A DNA stretch of 41,251 nucleotides from Macrostomum lignano. Its lineage: Eukaryota. A program made the position numbers and the translations under genes. Below the pieces are notes generated by a model. The model did not search any database. It saw only the letters and a list, made by a program, of their open reading frames with translations, and was not told where the DNA came from. Shown here in pieces: positions 27,623-37,204 of this stretch. Position 1 is the stretch's first letter. Every line of letters begins with the position of its first letter. The DNA is taken from NCBI GenBank assembly GCA_002269645.1, contig NIVC01003122.1:1-41251 (forward strand), read 5' to 3'.

Positions 27623-27947
27623 CTTCAATGAAACTGACTAATCGACAGGCAGTGCCGCCTAGTTTCCAGGTGTTATAAAAAACTTTCACGGCTGACACTG
27701 GCAGGCAGGTGCAGGCAACGAGCAGGTTTGAGCAAGCAAGACTCATCATGATGTAGGAGGTGTGGCGTCGAAGGCCGCTATACTTGAAGCTCAGAAACAG
27801 GAACAGGCCGTTGCCGCCGACCGACAACAGGACGATGGCCGAGTACAGAGCTAGTAGAAAAATATCCGAGCTGCTGAGCTGCCGCGGGCCGAACAGCTTC
27901 TGGTGCAGCAGCTGCATCAGCTGGTGCTGGCTGAGGTTGCCATCAGG
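27623..27947 (-). CDS. Rhodopsin-class peptide-type GPCR, upstream coding exon (N-terminus, TM1-TM2, start of TM3); first in-frame Met 27917
   Basis: TM1 LLALYSAIVLLSVGGNGL (GN motif), TM2 SLACSNLLVACTCLP, ECL1 TWKLG, C3.25 (TACRL). Donor GAAG|GTGAAT at 27622. Frame is open upstream to a pyrimidine-rich acceptor (..CCCCGCCAG|) at 27948 and includes an N-L-S sequon. 5' boundary uncertain. Confidence 0.9.
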
Positions 27948-27977
27948 CTGGCGGGGACCGGAGGAAGAGGGGTGGAA

Positions 27978-30690
27978 TGTCTGAGAATGAGTAGATTAAT
28001 GACTGAGAATGAGTAGGTTGATTTCCGAGAATGAGTAGATTGATGTCTGAGAATGAGTAGATTGATGCCTGAGAATGAGTAGATTGATATGTCTGAGAAT
28101 GAGTAGATTGATGCCTGAGAATGAGTAGATTGATATGTCTGAGAATGAGTAGATTAATGACTGAGAATGAGTAGATTGATTTCCGAGAATGAGTAGATTG
28201 ATGTCTGAGAATGAGTAGATTGATGCCTGAGAATGAGTAGATTGATATGTCTGAGAATGAGTAGATTGATGTCTGAGAATGAGTGGATTGATGCCTGAGA
28301 ATGAGTAGATTGATATGTCTGAGAATGAGTAGATTGATGCCTGAGAATGAGTAGATTGATGTATGAGAATGAGTAGATTGATGTCTGAGAATGAGTAGAT
28401 TGATGCCCGAGAATGACTAGATAGATGTCTGAGAATGAGTAGATTGATGCCTGAGAATGAGTAGATTGATGTCTGAGACTGAGTAGATTGATGCCTGAGA
28501 ATGAGTAGATTGATGCCCGAGAATGAGTAGATTGGTATGTCTGAGAATGAGTAGATTGATGCCTGAGAATGAGTAGATTGATATGTCTGAGAATGAGCAG
28601 ATTGATGCCTGAGAATGAGTAGATTGATGTCCGAGAATGAGTAGATTGATGCCTGAGAATGAGTAGATTGATATGTCTGAGAATGAGTAGATTGATGCCT
28701 GAGAATGAGTAGATTGATTTCCGAGAATGAGTAGATTGATGTCTGAGACTGAGTAGATTGATGCCGAGAATGAGTAGATAGATGCCTGAGAATGAGTAGA
28801 TTGATGCCTGAGAATGAGTAGATTGATGTCTGAGAATGAGTAGATTGATGTCTGAGAATGAGTAGATTGATGCCTGAGAATGAGTAGATTGATACCTGAG
28901 AATGAGTAGATTGATGTCTGAGAATGAGTAGATTGATGCCTGAGAATGAGTAGATTGATGCCCGAGAATGAGTAGATAGATGCCTGAGAATGAGCAGATT
29001 GATGCCTGAGAATGAGTGGATTGATATGTCTGAGAATGAGCAGATTGATGCCTGAGAATGAGTAGATAGATGTCTGAGAATGAGTAGATTGATGCCTGAG
29101 AATGAGTGGATTGATGCCTGAGAATGAGTGGATTGATGTCTGAGAATGAGTAGATTGATGTCTGAGAATGAGTAGATTGATGCCTGAGAATGAGTGGATT
29201 GATGCCTGAGAATGAGTAGATTGATGTCTGAGAATGAGTAGATTGATGTCTGAGAATGAGTAGATTGATGCCTGAGAATGAGTAGATCGATGCCTGAGAA
29301 TGAGCAAATTGATGCCTGAGAATGAGTAGATAGATGCCTGAGAATGAGTGGATTGATATGTCTGAGAATGAGTAGATTGATGCCTGAGAATGAGTAGATT
29401 GATGCCTGAGAATGAGTAGACTGATATGTCTGAGAATGAGCAGATTGATGCCTGAGAATGAGTAGATTTATGTCTGAGAATGAGTAGATTGATGCCTGAG
29501 AATGAGTAGATCGATGCCTGAGAATGAGCAAATTGATGCCTGAGAATGAGTAGATTGATATGTCTGAGAATGAGTAGATTGATGCCTGAGAATGAGTAGA
29601 TTGATGTCTGAGAATGAGTAGATTGATGCCTGAGAATGAGTAGATTGTTGCCTGAGAATGAGTAGATTGATGTCTGAGAATGAGTAGATTGATGCCTGAG
29701 AATGAGTAGATTGATATGTCTGAGAATGAGTAGATTGATGCCCGAGAATGAGTAGATTGATGCCTGAGAATGAGTAGATTGATATGTCTGAGAATGAGTA
29801 GATTGATGCCTGAGAATGAGTAGATTGATGTCAGAGAATGAGTAGATTGATTTCCGAGAATGAGCAGATTGATGTCAGAGACTGAGTAGATTGATGCCCG
29901 AGAATGAGTAGATTGATGCCTGAGAATGAGTGGATTGATGCCTGAGAATGAGTGGATTGATGTCTGAGAATGAGTAGATTGATGTCTGAGAATGAGTAGA
30001 TTGATGTCTGAGACTGAGTGGATTGATGCCTGAGAATGAGTAGATTGATACCTGAGAATGAGTAGATTGATGTCTGAGAATGAGTAGATTGATGCCTGCG
30101 AATGAGTAGATTGATGCCTGAGAATGAGTAGATAGATGCCTGAGAATGAGCAGATTGATGCCTGAGAATGAGTGGATTGATATGTCTGAGAATGAGCAGA
30201 TTGATGCCTGAGAATGAGTAGATTGATTCCTGAGAATGAGTAGATTGATATGTCTGAGAATGAGCAGATTGATGCCTGAGAATGAGTAGATTGATATGTC
30301 TGAGAATGAGCAGATTGATGCCTGAGAATGAGTGGATTGATGTCTGAGAATGAGTAGATTGATGCCTGAGAATGAGTGGATTGATGTCTGAGAATGAGTA
30401 GATTGATGTCTGAGAATGAGTAGATTGATGCCTGAGAATGAGTGGATTGATGCCTGAGAATGAGTAGATTGATGTCTGAGAATGAGTAGATTGATGTATG
30501 AGAATGAGTAGATTTATGTCTGAGAATGAGTAGATTGATGCCTGAGAATGAGTAGATCGATGCCTGAGAATGAGCAAATTGATGCCTGAGAATGAGTAGA
30601 TTGATGTCTGAGAATGAGTAGATTGATGCCTGAGAATGAGTAGATTGTTGCCTGAGAATGAGTGGATTGATGGCTGACATTGAGTAGAAT
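27978..30690. repeat. 22/24-bp satellite (CTGAGAATGAGTAGATTGAT[AT]G[T/C])n, ~120 copies
   Basis: Directly visible; source of the 900-aa minus-strand ORF. Confidence 0.98.
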
Positions 30691-31242
30691 GGTGACATAA
30701 TGATTATATATAAGAATGGCTTGAGTAATTAGCTGGATGCCAAAAGTAGAGTACTCAATACAAATACAAATTTAAATGAAGCAATGCAGCCTACCTTCAC
30801 TGTGTTGATTAGGCTTTTGACTGACATTAGAAAATCAATTTTAAAGTCGTCCACACACACACGCTGTCTTATTCAGTGCTTTGGAGTGATCTTAAATCTT
30901 CAGGTAACTTCACGGAAGATTGCTGATTGGCCAGAGTAAGTGGCCAATAATATTAGAGTGATTTTCGACAAAAATGGACTCAGACTGCTTTAAACTCAAC
31001 TGGAATTTTCCTGTAAAGCAGTGTGGAAAATAAAAAGATGCACGGACACGTAAAGATAAGCCTGTTGCGGACACAGAGGCATCGAATTATGAGCAGTCAA
31101 AGGAAACGTAATTGGACCAATTACCAAAAACTGTGTAGCAGATTATCCTTAGACATCTGCGCTTGCTAGAAACTTGTGACCATAATTTGACCGGTTTCTC
31201 CTCACACTTCAAAATCTGAGTGTCCAGGGCCCGAAACACTTA

Positions 31243-32765
31243 CTAATTGCTATGAGACAGCTAATTCTCATCATTACTAAGCTATGAGACAGCTAATTCT
31301 CATCATTACTAATTGCTATGAGACAGCTAATTCTCATCATTACTAATTGCTATGAGACAGCTAATTCTCATCATTACTAAGCTATGAGACAGATAAGCCT
31401 CATTCATTACTAAGCTATGAGACAGCTAATTCTCATCATTACTAAGCTATGAGACAGCCAAGCCTCATCATTACTAAGCTATGAGACAGCTAATTCTCAT
31501 CATTACTAAGCTATGAGACAGCTAATTCTCATCATTACTAAGCTATGAGACAGCTAATTCTCATCATTACTAATTGCTATGAGACAGCTAATTCTCATCA
31601 TTACTAAGCTATGAGACAGCTAATTCTCATCATTACTAAGCTATGAGACAGCTAATTCTCATCATTACTAAGCTATGAGACAGCTAAGCCTCATCATTAC
31701 TAAGCTATGAGACAGCTAATTCTCATCATTACTAAGCTATGAGACAGCTAAGCCTCATCATTACTAAGCTATGAGACAGCTAATTCTCATCATTACTAAG
31801 CTATGAGACAGCTAATTCTCATCATTACTAAGCTATGAGACAGCTAATTCTCATCATTACTAAGCTATGAGACAGCTAATTCTCATCATTACTAAGCTAT
31901 GAGACAGCTAAGCCTCATCATTACTAAGCTATGAGACAGCTAATTCTCATCATTACTAAGCTATGAGACAGCTAAGCCTCATCATTACTAAGCTATGAGA
32001 CAGCTAATTCTCATCATTACTAAGCTATGAGACAGCTAAGCCTCATCATTACTAAGCTATGAGACAGCTAAGCCTCATCATTACTAAGCTATGAGACAGC
32101 TAATTCTCATCATTACTAAGCTATGAGACAGCTAAGCCTCATCATTACTAAGCTATGAGACAGCTAAGTCTCATCATTACTAAGCTATGAGACAGCTAAT
32201 TCTCATCATTACTAAGCTATGAGACAGCTAAGCCTCATCATTACTAAGCTATGAGACAGCTAAGCCTCATCATTACTAAGCTATGAGACAGCTAAGCCTC
32301 ATCATTATCATCATTACTAAGCTATGAGACAGCTAAGCCTCATCATTATCATCATTACTAAGCTATGAGACAGCTAAGCCTCATCATTACTAAGCTATGA
32401 GACAGCTAAGCCTCATCATTACTAAGCTATGAGACAGCAAGCCTCATCATTACTAAGCTATGAGACAGCTAAGCCTCATCATTACTAAGCTATGAGACAG
32501 CTCAGCCTCATCATTATCTTCATTACTAAGCTATGAGACAGCTAAGCCTCATCATTACTAAGCTATGAGACAGCTAAGCCTCATCATTACTAAGCTATGA
32601 GACAGCTACGTCTCATCATTACTAAGCTATGAGACAGCTAATTCTCATCATGACTAAGCTATGAGACAGCTAATTCTCATCATTACTAAGCTATGAGACA
32701 GCTAAGCCTCATCATTACTAAGCTATGAGACAGCTAATTCTCATCATTACTAAGCTATGAGACAG
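31243..32765. repeat. 32-bp minisatellite (GAGACAGCTAA[TT/GC]CTCATCATTACTAAGCTAT)n, ~47 copies
   Basis: Period 32 (e.g. 31581, 31613); internal inverted repeat ATGAGA..TCTCAT. Confidence 0.97.
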
Positions 32766-33681
32766 GAATAAGCCTAAAGATAGGAATAAGAGTGCAGGTA
32801 ACAGTCCCAGCTCAGCTCATCTTGACGGGATTAATAGAGCAGAGCCGAAAGTCTGCCTGGGGCTGAAATAAGAGATTTCACATTTCATTTCTTATTTGGG
32901 CAGCTGCTCAGTGATTTGATCAAGTCGCGTCCAGGATCGTGGGTCTGTTCCTAGCTGATAGCAAATGCCGTTCACTTTTACTCTTTCTGATTGAAAATTT
33001 ATTGCAAAACAATCACCTGTCGCACTTTCAAGCACACAGATTGCGTACTTTTTATACACAGTGTGTCAAAGTGAACCATGATTTCAATAGCATCGGCGCC
33101 AGCGACAGGGGCCAATGAAAGTTACCGCTGCACCTGCAGGTTGAAGGTTGAATTTCAGTTAAAATATGTTGAATTGAATTACGAGTAGTTTATAAAAACA
33201 TCGTCTGGAAGCTGGTAAAGTGAAAGTACTGAATGCTCTTTATAGAACTTTTGTCGAATGCATGGCATCAAAATTTGAGTTTTACCGCAGACATGAAAAA
33301 TCTATCTTGAAAAAAGACAGTCTCCAGGCGTTTCAGTGCGTTTGACAAGTCTCCAGTAGCATTTCTCTTGATTTTTTAGTCGCTAAACTGATGAAGCCAC
33401 CTTGGACCAGACTCATACATGTACTGTATGCGCTAGCTTCATGTGATCGCCGTAATAGCATTTCAGAAGGGTAATAGCATAAAAATCGTCCATTAAGTGC
33501 TTTAAAATGTAGGTTTTCTCTCTCGTTATTGTATTTGTAAGCAACGCGAATGCTACGTCCTTACGCACCCAGGACGTCTAGCGATCCTTGGACATTGACA
33601 GTTGAAATTGATGGCCTATTGCAGCTAAAACGCTCTCAGTACTACTTAGAAGACTGAGTACTGCAAGGCAACTTGTTATTA

Positions 33682-34849
33682 CGCCGGCTGTCCGGAAAGT
33701 CGTGAGAATGTATCTTAAAAAAGCAGTCAGAACTGTCGGAAAATACAGTAACAGTACTAGTTGGTAATATGATCTCCCGCCCCTTGTGTTGATTACAGCT
33801 TGGCAATGGTCAACGAGTCGCTGAACCTCTCTTTTCAAGCAATCTTCGTCAAGGCCCTCTTGCCCACTGCAACGCAGCTTCTCGAACTTCCTTGTGGTCG
33901 CTGAATGTGGTCGATGATCCCCTTGGCTAAGCCAGCACCTGTTTTTTACTTTGTGCCAGTGTCGTTCAGGTGCACCCATGTCTCATCTTCCACCTCTTTT
34001 GCCAAAAAGTTTTTTCCATGCCCTCGTTGTAAAAAAGCCTGCGAACTTTTTCTCCTCGGAGAGAGCGTGCGGAACCAGACAGCAGAAACTTTTTGAAGGT
34101 GCAATTCTCCGTCAAAATTTTGTGCACTGTTGTTCTTCTAAATTCCAAAAATTCAACGAGGTCCCTGATATAAACCTTTGAATCCTCTTCAACAAGAGCT
34201 CCGAGGAGCTGAGGCCAGGGGAACTGCTTCATCACGGAACTCTAAGTACCATCTGTAAACCGTTGACTGACTGGTGCCGCAACTCCAAAAACTTTGAGTA
34301 GCTCGTCATGACAACTGATAACGCAGATTCCAGGACTGTATCTAGCATTGGCATAAGTCTAGAAGTCTTCCATTTTGAAGAAATGCCTGTCAAAATTTGC
34401 AATCTTGATCACTGCGTTGCGTTGGTTATTGAGCGCATAGAGCATGGTGTGAGCCTTATATTGCCCGCTATTCCAAGCAGTTAGTCAAGTTGTGAGCTTC
34501 ATTTTTCAACCAATTGTCTATGGGATATACGAGGCATCGTATATAAATGCTCTATATGAGGTAAAGCACGCTATTTTCCGGGCACTTTTTTACGCTCGCG
34601 TTTTTTCCCATTGCGAGGCTTGTGGGGGGAATTGCTGACATGTCAAGGCTTACAAGGGCCTGCTGAGGTATATTGCAAAGAGACGCAACATGTAGTTTAT
34701 TAAAAAACTTGTACTGCATTATGGCTCCCCAACGGGGGCGCTGATTGCTAGTATGAGTCTAATATTGAAATTATCTGTGCACCATGTCAACAGCTTGCTT
34801 CTTTCTTGCTCGATTGACACATTCTCACGAATTTCCGCGACAGCCGGCG
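33682..34849 (-). mobile_element. Decayed, internally deleted mariner (Tc1/mariner) transposon
   Basis: ~30-bp TIRs: TA|CGCCGGCTGTCCGGAAAGTCGTGAGAATGT (33682-33711) and ACATTCTCACGAATTTCCGCGACAGCCGGCG (34819-34849). Frameshifted transposase remnants: HDELLKVFG..STVYRWY (HTH), TTVHKIL, SAVW..HALSEE (WVPHEL-like), DETWVH, C-terminal QRLVDHCQAVINTRG. Confidence 0.85.
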
Positions 34850-35617
34850 CGCGTGTCCTTGGGTTTGTGGGTTTCGCGGAGTATTTCCGTTTTGTAATTA
34901 TCTTTCAGAAGAACAATTGTAAAAATAAGTGTCGAACACATTTGGTTGAGTACAGCTGCGTCAGTCGGAACTGAAGTAATTCGTGCTGTAGTTGTGAACG
35001 TATATTTTTCAAAGAAGGTTTGTCAAGACAAAGACGCACAATCGGCGATGTCTGCTTCTCGTCATCGGCGGCCCAATGTGCTTTGTAACAACTCGCAAAA
35101 CTACCCTTAGTACCCTGATCTTTTTCTAGCGTAATCTAAAGTATTTTGTACCTGTCCGCCATTATTTGTGATGGGTACCTGCTAGGATCCTCTGGATGGC
35201 CAGTAGCAAACTTGCTGAGGATTTCTTTCCAGCTATTAATAAGCCGACGGCAAAATAGCGGACCCAAAGTGAATGTGATAAAATGAATTCTTCATCCAGT
35301 CAGACGAGATGCCCCTGGACCCAGTTGGCCGGCTTAAGTGCGCCTACCGCCTCGCGACAGCAGCAGCAGGTTGACAAACCCGAGCCTCAGTCGGTTGCCA
35401 CAAATGTCGCTGTCGCATCAGCCGCTGCCGCGCGGATTATCAAAGCAGACGCTGGGCCAGCTGGACCACTGCGCTTCGAAGCTGTTGATATTCCCGACGA
35501 CTCACTGATGGCGTGCCAGCTTCGGACTCATGCCAACCTCGTCGACGTCGTGGTCGACGTAGTAGTGGGCAAAGCGGACAGCGGCTAGGCGTTTGCCGAT
35601 GGCCGGATAGCCGGAAG

Positions 35618-35791
35618 TCATATCGAAGTCCGCCGACCGAAGCGACAGGCCGGCCCGTCATCCCAGGATCGGCGAGTGGCGTCGATCGTCGAATCAGCGT
35701 TGACGCCAGCGACAGCGGAGCAGATCAGCAGGGCCAGGTAGCTGACAGTCAGGATGGCGGACGATGAGGCAACGGCAGAGACTGGGTGCAT
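35618..35791 (-). CDS. Candidate secreted neuropeptide precursor (57 aa as read; 96 aa ending at 35502 if one base is added in the GGG at 35654-35656)
   Basis: Hydrophobic signal-like N-terminus (AILTVSYLALLICSAVAGVNA-DS), RR, then RF-G-RR in frame 1. The overlapping frame encodes SADFDMTSGYPAI-G-KR. A plausible 5'-UTR intron (GTAAGT 35980; CAG| 35809) supports a minus-strand transcript. Confidence 0.55.
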   Translation of the reverse strand: MHPVSAVASSSAILTVSYLALLICSAVAGVNADSTIDATRRSWDDGPACRFGRRTSI

Positions 35792-36553
35792 GACTTGCGC
35801 AATCACTTCTGGATTTTTTGTGGGTTGGTGGAAACAGGTGAGATGTTGTATACACGTACAATCATAAGTCCTAAACGACTCGAATGACTGGTGTGCATGT
35901 TCGTATTGACCCAGATTGCAAGGTGCACCAGCAGGTAAGAGTTGGACCCTGGGCCCAGAAGAGGTTAAAATACAACTTACGGTGGTGACCTAAACCGGAG
36001 AGCTGATTGAATTTCCAAAGAACCTGACAGGCAATAATTATTAGACGGCTCTGACCTTGACTGAGGCTCGGGCAGGTAAGTGGGAGAGGAAGAATCGTGG
36101 CCACGGAGGGCCGATTATAAAATGGCATCTTGGGCCTGGGCCATGGGCCAATGCTAACGCGATCAGTTGACTTATGAGGGGATGGGCGCAGTGGGCAAAC
36201 AGTCGATACAGTCCTAAACTGATTCGAAGGGAGACGGGCCGGCCACTTCAGCTGAAATGTGGGCTTGCGTGGGTGTGTGTAACATTGGCCCGGGGTTTGG
36301 TTAGCTAACAGAAGGCCAGCCGAATTTGGTCACTGATTCCAACTCATCTCAAAAGCAACCATCGAGATGGTTTACCCGCTTCTAGATCTACATGTATACT
36401 TGCACCTGCTTTTGATTGCTTAAATTGCTTTGTTAATTATAAAATACTATCGATAATTATGCTTAGCTCGTATACGAGAGTATAGGTCGTTTTTTATAGG
36501 TCGATTTTTCATGTTACGCAGTTCCAGGAAGCCTCTTTGGTTGTTGCTTCGCT

Positions 36554-36629
36554 AAAGGACCACTAGAAGTTACCGTTGTAACTCACGACCGATTTTGTAA
36601 CTCACAACGGTAACTTCTAGTGGTCCTTG
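36554..36629. mobile_element. 76-bp hairpin mini-MITE
   Basis: Perfect 25-bp inverted repeat (36555-36579 / 36604-36628) with a 24-nt loop, flanked by direct repeat CTTCGCT (36547-36553 / 36630-36636). Confidence 0.8.
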
Positions 36630-36705
36630 CTTCGCTCACCACAGTGAGTGACACTCGGCTTCCTTTTTGAAGACATGTCATTCCAATGCAGCTAGGCTGT
36701 AAGCC

Positions 36706-37032
36706 AAGAGCTACAAAGATTCGGACACCTCAGCTGAAGAGGCTGTTTTTGCAAAGCTAAATTGTCTTATTGAGCAGCTAATAAGGCTTTCGAACTTAAA
36801 AAATGAAAATCTGGCGTATTTTAGTGAGATACTCGCATCTTCATGCCTTCTGCAGCACCACAGTCCATCCTGCTTCCTACAAGTTCCTGCAGACTATAAT
36901 AACAAAATCAGCAATTCCGAGTGTTAGGCATCTACAGAGAGACTGTCTTCAGGCTTTGAGTAATCACCCTGATGTCAAGGCCACAGCTGAGAACTATAAT
37001 AAGCCAAAGATTGATAGCCTGAATCTGAGAGG
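36706..37032 (+). pseudogene. Frameshifted relic resembling the N-terminal part of a P-element/THAP9-type transposase
   Basis: LIEQLIRLSNLKNENLAYFSEILASSCLLQHHSP (shift) ASYKFLQTIITKSAIPSVRHLQR resembles the EQL..RYS...SP.AY..LR...LPS.RTL.R motif. Segment ends at a GG|GTAAGT donor (37033). Recognised by eye only. Confidence 0.45.
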
Positions 37033-37204
37033 GTAAGTGCTTCTACTTACAATTGATGAAATCTGTACAGGTATTGAATAATTTGAGCCTGGAAAGGAAA
37101 AATGTTCGGCACGCAGCTAGTATCTTCTGTAGAAGCAGCGTAATTCGAGAGAAAAATAATAGAAATTAGCTATAGTGTTATTTAGCTAGAATTGAAGAAA
37201 CGGT

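Noticed and set aside
27996-30698. 900-aa and other minus-strand ORFs
   Set aside because: Translation of the 22/24-bp satellite.
35325-35504. Selenoprotein-like read-through: the minus frame continues past two in-frame TGAs with C/G-ending codons
   Set aside because: No recognisable selenoprotein motif or SECIS; more simply 3' UTR or the antisense shadow of the plus-strand ORF.
35283-35588. 101-aa plus-strand ORF (QQQQ, AAAA)
   Set aside because: No recognisable domain or splice support and it is in antisense register with the minus-strand candidate; not excluded, but unsupported.
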